A stretch of DNA of 64,000 nt from an uncultured bacterium (GCA_949296245.1 CASFNW010000002.1:48454-112453); one strand, 5' to 3'; positions 1 through 8,917 are shown, numbered from the stretch's first letter. The notes: a model not told the origin generated them from the sequence alone. Made by a program: numbers and translations.

Positions 1-2
1 TG

Positions 3-2507
3 CAAGGAGGCGTACACACGCAGGTTTCTTTCAAGGGTTTTGCATTTGACGGTATAAAAAAGGCATTCAAACCTGTTGTAAAAGTTGTTCCTGATAATTT
101 GAAAAATAAAGTGTTTGATTCACTAATGCATATTAGTGATGTGCAATATAATACATATACAAAAATAAAAAATGAGTTTGTAAATTATGTTATTAAGCCA
201 GAAAATGCTGATTTTAGAACAAAAAACGGCATTGGTAATGATATTTTAAAGATTCTTAAAGACGGCAATGGAGAGAAACTGATTTACCTGCCAAAACAAA
301 CTATAGCCGCTAAATTTGTGAATCAGCTTCTGTCTCCTCTCAGAGCGTTATACCATTGGGGAGAAAAATTATTTTTATCTAAAGACTCGCCTGTTTTGAA
401 AAAAAGATATGAAAGAGACCGTATTTTAAAGAACTATGCTGCTTTAGAGGGATTATTTAAGTCCCATGAAATTTGGGAAAACGGCTACAGAAAAATGACA
501 GGTCATCCGAGGTTTAATGAGAGTAGTAATTTTTTAATACCTGACGATGTTTTATACAGCAAAATTAACAGAAGAAGAAATAAAGTAGTTGACCCCAATA
601 AGGGTAAATATTCTTCCAACTCTTTAATGATAGGTAACAGACTTATCTCAGGTATTGTTTATTCTTATTTTCTTGGTACAGACGCATACAATACAACAAT
701 GAGATATTCAAATGATAAAAATGAGGCTGTAAATCAAAGAAAATCACGTGTCGCGCAGGAATTTTCGAGAATCGGTATGAATATGTATATTCAGAATCTG
801 TTGTTCGGTACATTTGAAACAGCTGTTAACAGAAGTCTTTCTACAGCAATGTTTGTATCCGGTTCTACAGTTGCTTTTTCGGAAATTCTGGGAAGAAAAC
901 TTGTCGGAAAGCCAATAATGCCATCTAATAAAGAAAAGTTGGATAAAATGGAGCAGGAAATGGCTGAAAAGAAAGGGGTGCTTGCTTCAATAGGCAGACT
1001 TTTAACAAGCGTTAAGAAAAAAGATTCTCCAACTGCTTTACAATCTGCGTCTTTAAGTACTTTTTATAATAAAACACGTGCGAACCAAGAACTATTTTCT
1101 TCTTTTGCTGCAAAACAGCAACCAGATGCTCAATTACAGAATAGTTCTTCCGTTTTGCCGTCATTCAAGGGAGCTTTAAATTTAAATGCATTGTCTAAAG
1201 CGGAAAATTTTATAGACAAAGAAAAAGTTTCTTACCTGTTAAAAATTTTGGAAAATACTGATTCTAAAACCGCCTCAACTGTCAAAGAAACTATAATGAA
1301 ATCAGTAAGGAAATCTGATTATATAAAATCACAAAAAATTGTAATTCCGGAAAATATCGATGACTTGATGGCATCGTCAGAGATAGACAAAATTCCTCTC
1401 GGAAAAAAAGATACAATAGCTGGAAAATTTATAACAAGCATTTTGGTGCCGGTCAGATTTGTTAATAATCTATATAAATCGACAGTAAAGCTTATTAAAA
1501 CAATATATTATACAATTTCTAACAAAAAAGATAACTCTCTATATGATGAGCTAAATGAACTCAAACAAGGTATGAATTTAACTGATATAAATAAAATTGA
1601 TGATGAATTTAATAAGTTAAAATTGTCCTGGAAAAAAGAAAAATTTGATGGTAATAAATTGCCTAACGAAGAAAATATGCGTAATTTTATAAGACTTGAA
1701 AAATTTATAAAATTTTATAAAGACAGACTTAAGCTAGAGGCCTGGGACAAATCACCTTATTCAGCAGAAGAAAAACTCTTAAAAATATTTGCAGAATTTA
1801 AGAGTATAAAAAATAAGAATAAAGAAGACATACAGGGTGTAAAAAATATCCTGCTCTGGTTTGATAAACATTTGCAAAGAGAAGGCATAACTCCGGATAA
1901 AAACGGTAAGCTTACTGAAAAACAAATACAAAAAGCAAAAGAAATCCTTATGGAATCGGTAATGAAAGCTGATGGTGAAAAGCAGCTTGAATATGACGGG
2001 AATATACTGGCACAAACAAATATAAATCTCTCACGAGCTATTACAACATTATTCTTGATTACAGATTCATATAATCTTACTATGCAGTACAGTAATGACA
2101 ATAAAAAAGATGCAAGCAAGAGTGCTAAAAATCGTGCAGCTCAGGAAATTTCCAGAATTAGCGTTTCTGCTTATATAATGGCTTTTGTTCACAATCTTCT
2201 TTCAAAATTGTGCAACTCAAGCCTGACAGGTGCATTTACACTTACGGCGTTAACGTCTTCTATTAATGACTCGATTTCAAGAGAAGTTGTCGGTGTACCG
2301 TTAACCGCAAAAACTCAGCAGGAGCTGGAAGAAATTGATAAGAAAAATCAAATGTCTAAAAGTCCTATAAAAAAAGCTCTTGCTTATTCAATAGGCAAAA
2401 AATCAGCACTGCCGTCTTCATCATTAACAAAAACAAAAGCTTCAGTAAACAATGTGAAAACTGATTATATCAGCAATGACTTTTTTATAAATCCTGAAAT
2501 TAATTAA
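3..2507 (+). CDS. Large hypothetical membrane-associated protein, probably 5'-partial, built from two tandem copies of a ~350-400 aa module
   Basis: The ORF track start (99) is a TTG with no SD, and the same frame is open from nt 3 (QGGVHTQVSFKGFAFDG...). Module 1 (IYLPKQTIAAKFVNQLLSPL ... YSYFLGTDAYNTTMRYSNDKNEAVNQRKSRVAQEFSRIG) is mirrored by module 2 (IPLGKKDTIAGKFITSILVPV ... LFLITDSYNLTMQYSNDNKKDASKSAKNRAAQEISRIS). I recognise no family. Confidence 0.7.
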   Translation, partial: QGGVHTQVSFKGFAFDGIKKAFKPVVKVVPDNLKNKVFDSLMHISDVQYNTYTKIKNEFVNYVIKPENADFRTKNGIGNDILKILKDGNGEKLIYLPKQTIAAKFVNQLLSPLRALYHWGEKLFLSKDSPVLKKRYERDRILKNYAALEGLFKSHEIWENGYRKMTGHPRFNESSNFLIPDDVLYSKINRRRNKVVDPNKGKYSSNSLMIGNRLISGIVYSYFLGTDAYNTTMRYSNDKNEAVNQRKSRVAQEFSRIGMNMYIQNLLFGTFETAVNRSLSTAMFVSGSTVAFSEILGRKLVGKPIMPSNKEKLDKMEQEMAEKKGVLASIGRLLTSVKKKDSPTALQSASLSTFYNKTRANQELFSSFAAKQQPDAQLQNSSSVLPSFKGALNLNALSKAENFIDKEKVSYLLKILENTDSKTASTVKETIMKSVRKSDYIKSQKIVIPENIDDLMASSEIDKIPLGKKDTIAGKFITSILVPVRFVNNLYKSTVKLIKTIYYTISNKKDNSLYDELNELKQGMNLTDINKIDDEFNKLKLSWKKEKFDGNKLPNEENMRNFIRLEKFIKFYKDRLKLEAWDKSPYSAEEKLLKIFAEFKSIKNKNKEDIQGVKNILLWFDKHLQREGITPDKNGKLTEKQIQKAKEILMESVMKADGEKQLEYDGNILAQTNINLSRAITTLFLITDSYNLTMQYSNDNKKDASKSAKNRAAQEISRISVSAYIMAFVHNLLSKLCNSSLTGAFTLTALTSSINDSISREVVGVPLTAKTQQELEEIDKKNQMSKSPIKKALAYSIGKKSALPSSSLTKTKASVNNVKTDYISNDFFINPEIN

Positions 2508-2534
2508 AGTTTTTGTTTAATATACAATATAGTA

Positions 2535-3497
2535 ATGGAAAGCAGATATAAAGATCCTGAATTTGAGCACTATACAGTAATGGCAAATGAAGCCGTTGAT
2601 ATGCTGGATTGCAAGCCGGGAAAAATATATGTGGATGCAACATTGGGCGGCGGCGGACACAGTGAGCTGATACTTCGTAAAATTCAGCCGGATGGCAGAT
2701 TGATTGCATTTGATATTGATTCTGATGCTATTGAAGCAGCCGAAAAACGTTTAAAAGATTACAAAAATTTAACAATAGTTAAGGCGTCTTACTCTAATAT
2801 TAAGAAAGTTTTACAAGGTTTAGGAATAAATCAAATCACCGGAGGAATTGTTTTTGATCTTGGTGCATCTTATCATCAGCTTACAAAACAAGAACGCGGA
2901 TTTAGTTTTATGAAAGATGCGCCTTTAGATATGCGTTTTGACAAGGATTCGGATTTTAGTGCATATGATGTCGTAAACGGGTATTCAGAAGAGGATTTGA
3001 TTCGAATAATCAGTGAATACGGTGAAGAAAGATTTACCAAAAGAATTGTAAAAAATATTGTAAATTATCGTAAAAGCAAAAACATTGAAACTACGTGTGA
3101 ATTAGCCGATATAATAAAAAATGCAGTACCAAAAACAAAAGAGAAAATTCACCCCGCAACCCGCACCTTCCAGGCGATTAGGATTGAAGTGAACCAAGAA
3201 TTACAAAATATTAAAAATACTTTAAATGAAGTGCTTACTTTATTATCTGTTGGTGCTATAATTAGTATAATAAGTTTTCACTCTTTAGAGGACAGACTTG
3301 TTAAACAGTGTTTCAAGTATTATGCGTCAAAATGCCGCTGCAAGCCGACTGATCCGGTTTGTCACTGCAAGCCTCCAATGCTTGAAGTAATTAACAAGAA
3401 GCCAATAACGGCATCAGAATTAGAAATTAAGGAGAACCCTCCATCAAGATCGGCAAAATTGAGGGGTGCAAAAAAAATTTCGTCATGGGAGAACTAA
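2535..3497 (+). CDS. rsmH: 16S rRNA (cytosine1402-N4)-methyltransferase RsmH (MraW)
   Basis: 320 aa. Carries YVDATLGGGGHS SAM-binding motif, FDLGASYHQL and SFHSLEDR motifs typical of RsmH. Followed by an FtsL-like gene, as in dcw clusters. Confidence 0.93.
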   Translation: MESRYKDPEFEHYTVMANEAVDMLDCKPGKIYVDATLGGGGHSELILRKIQPDGRLIAFDIDSDAIEAAEKRLKDYKNLTIVKASYSNIKKVLQGLGINQITGGIVFDLGASYHQLTKQERGFSFMKDAPLDMRFDKDSDFSAYDVVNGYSEEDLIRIISEYGEERFTKRIVKNIVNYRKSKNIETTCELADIIKNAVPKTKEKIHPATRTFQAIRIEVNQELQNIKNTLNEVLTLLSVGAIISIISFHSLEDRLVKQCFKYYASKCRCKPTDPVCHCKPPMLEVINKKPITASELEIKENPPSRSAKLRGAKKISSWEN

Positions 3498-3978
3498 ATT
3501 GACAAGACCTGTAATTGACACTAAGAACAGTCAGAGACATTTGTATAATCAGTATAATTATCAAAATTCTCAAAATCCGATAAATCCGGTTATTGATGGT
3601 TATTTCCCGACTCATAAAACTTATAAAGAGATGGCTATTGCCAGGGTTAATAAGACTCTATGTGCAATACTTGTATTTTTTATTCTGCTTTCTGCAGTAA
3701 GTTATTATTTTGTTACGGCAAGCGAAATTACTCTGAACAAGTATAGAAAGCAGGTTTTGTCTTTAAATGATGAAAATGTAGAGCTGCAAAATAAACTTGA
3801 TTATCTTAAGTCATATTATAATGTTGATAAGGCTATGCAAAAGCAGCATTTGCTTCAAAAGGCTAAAAATGTTATAGAGGTTAAGAGTGCGCCTGCAGCA
3901 GCTCCTGTTAAAAATACTTCAGCTGCTAAAATTGCACAGTCATCTCAAAAACCTTTTCAATGGTCAATAGGCTTTTAA
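3466..3978 (+). CDS. ftsL: FtsL-like cell-division protein (single TM plus coiled coil)
   Basis: Sits directly after rsmH. Has one TM (LCAILVFFILLSAVSYYFV) followed by a coiled coil (LNDENVELQNKLDYLKSYY). The start is uncertain: ATG 3466 overlaps rsmH, and TTG 3499 (GGAG 7 nt upstream) or ATG 3631 are alternatives. Confidence 0.6.
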   Translation: MQKKFRHGRTKLTRPVIDTKNSQRHLYNQYNYQNSQNPINPVIDGYFPTHKTYKEMAIARVNKTLCAILVFFILLSAVSYYFVTASEITLNKYRKQVLSLNDENVELQNKLDYLKSYYNVDKAMQKQHLLQKAKNVIEVKSAPAAAPVKNTSAAKIAQSSQKPFQWSIGF

Positions 3979-3995
3979 ATTCAAGGTTTTTTATG

Positions 3996-4224
3996 ATGTC
4001 TCAGGCGGCCTCGCTTGTAGGAGTGTACACGGAGTGCAAATGACGCCACCAGGTAGGGGCATAACATCAGGCTTCGCTCTAGCTCAGCCGATGTTGCAGC
4101 CAGTCTAGCATTTTACGGAAGTGATCCCATGCACTTGTTGGCTGTGCCGGACTTATTTTTTAACAACGAACTTGTTTATTGCACAGGTTCAACAAGTAGT
4201 AGGAGTCAGTTGACGATATGAAAT
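3996..4224 (+). repeat. GC-rich modular intergenic element, copy A (compact scaffold form)
   Basis: Visibly GC-rich island in an AT-rich intergenic region. Shares four blocks with copy B: ATGTCT(C/G)AG 5' box; CTTGTAGGAGTG(G)TACAC; a 49-nt block at 4106-4154 that matches 13573-13621 at 47/49; AACTTGTTTATTG.ACAGGTTCA.CAAG; and the 3' block GGAGTCAGTTGACGATATGAAAT. Confidence 0.85.
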
Positions 4225-4547
4225 ATAAAAAATATAATGAGGAAATAAATAAACTTAGTAATGAAATTTCCCAAAAAGGTGATATCTGGGAGTTGTATTA
4301 CCAGAGAGGGTATTTGTATTTTTTAAATGATGAAGATGAAAAAGCAAAAGATGACTATAAACACGCAGTCAGCTTGGGACTCAATTTTATAGAAATACCA
4401 TATTACACTTTTTCAAATTCTAACAGCAAAAGAAGAGATTTTTTGCTTCCTGAAAAAATAATGGTATTTCTTGTTTTATTGATGGTTTTGGTGGCAATTT
4501 TCTTTCAGTCTGCTTCTTTTATTGCAAAAATTAAAGGTGTTTTATAA
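4218..4547 (+). CDS. Small hypothetical protein, TPR-like N-terminus with C-terminal TM anchor
   Basis: 109 aa. YYQRGYLYFLNDEDEKAKDDYKHAVSLG resembles a single TPR. C-terminal hydrophobic helix IMVFLVLLMVLVAIFF. Its ATG and the upstream AGGAG lie inside the conserved 3' block of repeat copy A. Confidence 0.6.
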   Translation: MKYKKYNEEINKLSNEISQKGDIWELYYQRGYLYFLNDEDEKAKDDYKHAVSLGLNFIEIPYYTFSNSNSKRRDFLLPEKIMVFLVLLMVLVAIFFQSASFIAKIKGVL

Positions 4548-5526
4548 CTTCACTGGTATATTCTGTTGTAGTTGCATTTCCGCCAAGATCTGCTGTTAAG
4601 ACTTTGCCTTCTTTTATAACATTGTAAAGAGCATTTTCTATTTTTTGTGCCGTTTCATTTTCTTCGATATGCTTGAGCATATTAACAGCGCAAATCAAAA
4701 GCGCAGTAGGATTAGCTTTGTTTTGTCCTTTTATATCAGGTGCAGAACCGTGAACAGGTTCAAAAACAGCGCATTCTGTTCCTATATTTGCACCCTGAGC
4801 AACACCCAGTCCGCCTATCAATCCGGCCGTCAAATCGGAAACTATATCTCCGTATAAATTCGGTAAAACCAGTACATCAAACTGCGAGGGATTTTGTACA
4901 AGCTGCATACAAAGATTGTCTACAAGAATTTCTTTGTATTCTATTTGAGGATAATCTTTTGCAACATGTCTGGCACATTCCAGAAACAGCCCGTCCGACA
5001 ATTTGCAGATATTAGCTTTTGTTACCGCATGGACTTTTTTCCTGCCGTATTTGAGCGCATAATCAAATGCATATTTCACTATTCTTGTTGATGCTTTTCT
5101 TGTGATAATTTTTATGGATTCGGCTGTATCATCGTCTATTTGTCGTTCAATTCCGGCGTATAAATCTTCTGTATTTTCTCTTACTACGACAAGATTAACA
5201 TTATCGAAAGGCGTTTTTATTCCTTCTATGTTCCTGCAGGGACGTATGTTTGCATACAAATCCAGTTCTTTTCTTAATGCTACATTTACGCTTCTGAACC
5301 CTTTTCCTATCGGAGTTGTGACAGGAGCTTTCAGTGCAACTTTGTTCTGTCTTATTGAATCTATGACTCTTTGAGGTAGCGGTGAGCCTTCTTTTTCTGC
5401 AACATCAGCACCGGCTGTTTGTACATCCCAGTCGATTTTTAATCCTGCAGCCTCTATTATTTTAGTTACAGCATTGCTTATTTCCGGACCTATTCCGTCT
5501 CCCGGTATAAGTGTAATTCTTTTCAT
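4531..5526 (-). CDS. NAD-dependent isocitrate dehydrogenase (isocitrate/isopropylmalate dehydrogenase family, IDH3-like)
   Basis: 331 aa. ITLIPGDGIGPEI N-terminus, GFRSVNVALRKELDLYANIRPC, VVVRENTEDLY, PNLYGDIVSD and HGSAPDI motifs of the beta-decarboxylating dehydrogenase family. Size and motifs fit short NAD-IDH better than LeuB. Confidence 0.8.
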   Translation of the reverse strand: MKRITLIPGDGIGPEISNAVTKIIEAAGLKIDWDVQTAGADVAEKEGSPLPQRVIDSIRQNKVALKAPVTTPIGKGFRSVNVALRKELDLYANIRPCRNIEGIKTPFDNVNLVVVRENTEDLYAGIERQIDDDTAESIKIITRKASTRIVKYAFDYALKYGRKKVHAVTKANICKLSDGLFLECARHVAKDYPQIEYKEILVDNLCMQLVQNPSQFDVLVLPNLYGDIVSDLTAGLIGGLGVAQGANIGTECAVFEPVHGSAPDIKGQNKANPTALLICAVNMLKHIEENETAQKIENALYNVIKEGKVLTADLGGNATTTEYTSEVIKHL

Positions 5527-6053
5527 TTTGTTTTTCCTTCCAAAAATTCTGCCAACAGTTTTATTGCATGTTTGGCAAACATATATTTAATCAGTAATCT
5601 CGGATACTTCGGGTTTACATTATATTTATACACCTTTGATTCTTTTTTTGACTCAATAGAAATATACACAAGCCCTACAGGTTTATCTTTTGTACCGCCT
5701 GCAGGACCGGCAATACCGGTTGTAGCTATTGCATAGTCAGATGAAGTTTCTTTAAGCAGCCCTTCTGTCATTTCGGAAGCGGTCTGCGCACTTACAGCAC
5801 CGAAATTTTTCAGAGTATCTTCTTTTACGCCGAGATATTTCATCTTTGCTTCATTTGCATAAGTAACAAAATTTGCTTTTATATATGACGAGCTTCCTGA
5901 AACATCCGTTAATAGAGAACTCAGCAATCCTCCCGTACAGGACTCGGCTACAGATATAACAGCATTTTGTTTAATCAATACTGCAGCTGATTTTTCTTCA
6001 TATTTTTTGTTAAATATAAGCTGTATTAGTTTTATATAATGACTTAGTAACAT
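5523..6053 (-). CDS. pncC: CinA C-terminal domain protein / nicotinamide-nucleotide amidohydrolase PncC
   Basis: 176 aa. AESCTGGLL motif, ATTGIAGPAGG and KPVGLVY motifs typical of the CinA/PncC deamidase domain. Stop/start overlap (ATGA) with the downstream IDH gene. Confidence 0.85.
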   Translation of the reverse strand: MLLSHYIKLIQLIFNKKYEEKSAAVLIKQNAVISVAESCTGGLLSSLLTDVSGSSSYIKANFVTYANEAKMKYLGVKEDTLKNFGAVSAQTASEMTEGLLKETSSDYAIATTGIAGPAGGTKDKPVGLVYISIESKKESKVYKYNVNPKYPRLLIKYMFAKHAIKLLAEFLEGKTK

Positions 6054-6094
6054 AACTATTTGTTTTGTATGTATCTAATTAATGCTTAGCAGGA

Positions 6095-6808
6095 TTAGTG
6101 CAGCGGGATATCCAGAGGCTGTGTCAGCATGATTTCAAATTCTTTACCCTGCAGCCAGTCAACCTCATTGCCTTTCATAAATAAATCAGCAACAGCCATA
6201 CCGACATAATAAGCAGCACCGCCTATTACACCGCCTGCCGCACCTAACGGTACACAAAGATACTGCATATTGTCGCCTGTACCTTTGCCCCATTCTATTG
6301 TTTTGTGGAAAATATCTTTGGTCTTTTGCCAGTTTTGCTGGATTGCATAACCATAGTTGCCTCCGTCATACACACCGCCGTCTAGTGTCAATTCTTTATA
6401 GTTATAAAGACCCGCATTAACGGGGATTTGTTTGCCTGTAGGTGTCACTACGTGGTCAAAACTGAAATACAATACAGCGCTTCTGGACAGGCGTTTGCTT
6501 GGAGTTAGTTTATTTATTGTACCTCTGATAATAGTCCCTGCAGGTAATGCTATTTGACCGTTTATTGCAATGTCCTGTTTAAGCATTGCGGAAAATTCAT
6601 CACCTATACTGCCTGCGTGCGATGATACAGGTTCTAAAATTTCCATTTTCATTGTTGTTCCTGCAGGAATTCTAATAGAACGAATGTCTGCTTTGACAGT
6701 TTTATTTACAGCAGCATTTGCACAATTACAGAATCCGAAATCAGAAACCAAAGCCGAACCAAATGTCAGACTCAAAACCAACAAGCCTGATGATATGAAT
6801 TTTTTCAT
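6095..6808 (-). CDS. Hypothetical secreted/membrane protein with signal peptide and C-terminal glycine-zipper helix
   Basis: Signal-like N-terminus MKKFISSGLLVLSLTFGSALV. Repeated IPAGT.. beta-strand motifs. C-terminal GAAGGVIGGAAYYVGMAVA glycine zipper. I recognise no family with confidence. Confidence 0.6.
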   Translation of the reverse strand: MKKFISSGLLVLSLTFGSALVSDFGFCNCANAAVNKTVKADIRSIRIPAGTTMKMEILEPVSSHAGSIGDEFSAMLKQDIAINGQIALPAGTIIRGTINKLTPSKRLSRSAVLYFSFDHVVTPTGKQIPVNAGLYNYKELTLDGGVYDGGNYGYAIQQNWQKTKDIFHKTIEWGKGTGDNMQYLCVPLGAAGGVIGGAAYYVGMAVADLFMKGNEVDWLQGKEFEIMLTQPLDIPLH

Positions 6809-6878
6809 AATAATCTCCTCAAAAAATTACTCTAATATCTGAATATTATTGTAGATTTCGAACACAGAAAATGCAATA

Positions 6879-7124
6879 TTATTTTATTTCTTCATACAAG
6901 GAAGCTGCCTCTTGCACGGAAATATTGCCTTCCGGTATTCGAATAACTTTAACACTAACCGATTTATTGAAATGTTCAATCTTTATAATATCGCCTTCTT
7001 TTAACTGTTTAGAAGGTTTTGCGGGATTTCCGTTCACAAAAACTCTTCCCTGATCGGAAACGTCATTTGCAACTGTACGTCTTTTTATTAATCTTGAAAC
7101 TTTTAAAAATTTGTCTAAACGCAT
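6879..7124 (-). CDS. S4-domain RNA-binding protein (YabO/RqcP/Hsp15-like)
   Basis: 81 aa. MRLDKFLKVSRLIKRRTVANDVSDQGRVFVNG...KEGDIIKI is the canonical S4 alpha-L motif. Size matches YabO/RqcP-type proteins. Confidence 0.8.
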   Translation of the reverse strand: MRLDKFLKVSRLIKRRTVANDVSDQGRVFVNGNPAKPSKQLKEGDIIKIEHFNKSVSVKVIRIPEGNISVQEAASLYEEIK

Positions 7125-7250
7125 AATTAAATATTACTAAAAATAAATAATAATTTAAATATTATATTTGTAATATAATATTTTTTAACTATATATAGCA
7201 AAAAAATTTTTTCAGTTGTATTGTATACATGAAGAAAAATCGAGATAATC

Positions 7251-7985
7251 ATGACTACATTAATAACGCCAACACCATATACTCCTTCACATCAGGTTAA
7301 GAGCGCAGGAGTAATAAAATATAACGAGAATCCTCTAAAAGGTCTTATTGCAAAAGATAAGGACGGACAGGTAAAAAGAGCGGCACTTGCAGGCAGTGCG
7401 GTTACTACGCTTGCATATTTATTTGTACTTGCAAAATCAGCAAAAAGAGGCAGCTTCAAAGTCAAAGACATGTTCAACATCGATTTTAAAAACATGTTTA
7501 AAGTTATGGGACTGGCTACATCAGCAGTAATCGGCGGATTGGCAGGCGGATTGATTGTTGATGATAAAAGAAACCGTAAAGCGAAAATAAAAGAAAGCAT
7601 ACACCAGTTTCTGGGCAATGTTGTTACTCCTATAACAATCGTTGGTTTTGCAGGTGAAGCTATCGAAAAAAGAAAATTTTCCAGAGCAAAAGAAATTTCA
7701 TTAAGTGCGCTTGCCGCTGTAGCTGGTGTTGCCGGCGGCGTCACAGGCGGAAACTGGGTTGCGTCAAAAGTAAACAAAGCTATTTTTAAAGAAGATGATA
7801 AAAGAAAAGTCGGAGTGAAAGATTTTTGTATTCACGTAGATGATCTTCTTACCGTGGCTGCATTGACACCTATTGGAGATAAGATTAAAGGGTTTATTTC
7901 AAAAGCGCTGCCTGCAATATTCTTGATTTGCGGATATGAAGCTGGTATTAAAAAAGCAAAACCTGAAGAAAAACAAAACGCATAA
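7251..7985 (+). CDS. Hypothetical multi-pass membrane protein (Gly/Ala-rich helices)
   Basis: 244 aa with several hydrophobic Gly-rich helices (GLATSAVIGGLAGGLIV, ALAAVAGVAGGVTGG) separated by Lys/Arg-rich loops (DDKRNRKAKIKE). No recognisable family. Confidence 0.6.
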   Translation: MTTLITPTPYTPSHQVKSAGVIKYNENPLKGLIAKDKDGQVKRAALAGSAVTTLAYLFVLAKSAKRGSFKVKDMFNIDFKNMFKVMGLATSAVIGGLAGGLIVDDKRNRKAKIKESIHQFLGNVVTPITIVGFAGEAIEKRKFSRAKEISLSALAAVAGVAGGVTGGNWVASKVNKAIFKEDDKRKVGVKDFCIHVDDLLTVAALTPIGDKIKGFISKALPAIFLICGYEAGIKKAKPEEKQNA

Positions 7986-8055
7986 ATAATATTTATTAAT
8001 TCTCATGAATTTTGATATACTTATACTTAATAAGTATAAAAAGTGAGAAATAGAT

Positions 8056-8913
8056 ATGAAAATATTAAAAAATTTGTTTTTGTTTTCTTCTGCAATTGTT
8101 TATATTTTATTTGCAGCAAATATGCCGTCTGCAGCAAAAGAAATTAATTTTGCTGTAGCATCTGATATACACTATACGGTTAACACAGAGTCTGGCAGCG
8201 GAAAATATGCTAACAGCACAAAAGCTTTAAGAGGCTTTGTTGACAGAGTGAATGAAAATGACTATGACTTTGTTATATTTCTCGGCGATAACATAGATAA
8301 ATCAAAATCTCAAAATCTTAAAGGATTTTTAAATATCGTCAGACATATAAACAGCCCTTATTATCTTGTTATGGGCAATCATGATGTCCATAAAATCAGC
8401 GGGTTGAGTAAAGAAGAATATTTAAAAATAGTATCTAAAAATAACAGGTACCAGAAAAAAACTCAAGGTTCATACTATTTTTATCCGACAAGAGATGTTA
8501 TTGTAATAGTGCTTGACGGAGTTTCATCAGGTATGCCCAGCGAGCATGGTATTTTTAGCGAAAAGACATTGCGCTGGTTAGATTCAGTACTCGAAAAAAA
8601 CAAAAACAAAAAAGCTTTGATATTTCAGCATGTACCATACAAAGAACCATATTATAGTCCGGAAAAAGAAATACTCGACAAGAACGAGTATGCTGCAGTT
8701 ATAAGGCGTTATGACAATATAATTATGATTTGTTCCGGACATTATCACAAAGAATTTGCGCAAAAAGACGAAAAAGATGTTTATCATATATCTGCTCCGG
8801 CAATGTTCGAAGCGCCGTACTATTATCTTGATATGCAGATAAAATATAAGAAATTTCCATTCATGAAAGCAAAAGATTTTGTAGTAGACGGAAATGCAAA
8901 ACCTGCTATATAA
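8056..8913 (+). CDS. Secreted calcineurin-like metallophosphoesterase
   Basis: Signal peptide. Metallophosphoesterase motifs DIHY, GDNID, GNHD and a GH..H-type (SGHYH) motif in canonical order. Confidence 0.85.
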   Translation: MKILKNLFLFSSAIVYILFAANMPSAAKEINFAVASDIHYTVNTESGSGKYANSTKALRGFVDRVNENDYDFVIFLGDNIDKSKSQNLKGFLNIVRHINSPYYLVMGNHDVHKISGLSKEEYLKIVSKNNRYQKKTQGSYYFYPTRDVIVIVLDGVSSGMPSEHGIFSEKTLRWLDSVLEKNKNKKALIFQHVPYKEPYYSPEKEILDKNEYAAVIRRYDNIIMICSGHYHKEFAQKDEKDVYHISAPAMFEAPYYYLDMQIKYKKFPFMKAKDFVVDGNAKPAI

Positions 8914-8917
8914 CAAT

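Noticed and set aside
4-24. Similarity of the window's first bases (AAGGAGGCGTACACACGC) to block 1 of the elements (TAGGAGTGGTACACACTC)
   Set aside because: The stretch is in-frame coding sequence of the first ORF (QGGVHTQ, followed by the VSFKG motif also seen at the start of module 2). About 15/20 identity over such a short span cannot be distinguished from chance.
4160-4200. tRNA-like GGTTCAA string and hairpin in block 3 of copies A and B
   Set aside because: No T-stem complement follows the loop, and no acceptor, D or anticodon arms can be drawn. I could find no tRNA in any intergenic region.
3996-4224. Idea that the GC-rich elements are IscB/TnpB guide RNAs (HEARO/omegaRNA, reRNA) or REP/BIME units mobilised by a RAYT
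   Set aside because: No IscB, TnpB, IS200/IS605 TnpA or RAYT gene is present in the 64 kb, and I cannot reproduce those consensus structures from memory. The idea remains possible genome-wide (GTAG tetranucleotides are frequent in the elements) but cannot be supported from this window.
4210-4238. Perfect TTGACG-17-TATAAT promoter formed by the 3' end of copy A plus flanking DNA
   Set aside because: It would start transcription inside ORF 4218, downstream of its only plausible start codon. The -10 half is not present after copy B, so it is probably a chance TATAAT in AT-rich coding sequence.
7157-7183. 11-bp perfect inverted repeat AAATATTATAT-TTGTA-ATATAATATTT in the divergent promoter region
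   Set aside because: It consists only of A/T in a nearly pure A/T intergenic region. Palindromes of this kind are expected by chance and overlap -10-like sequences.
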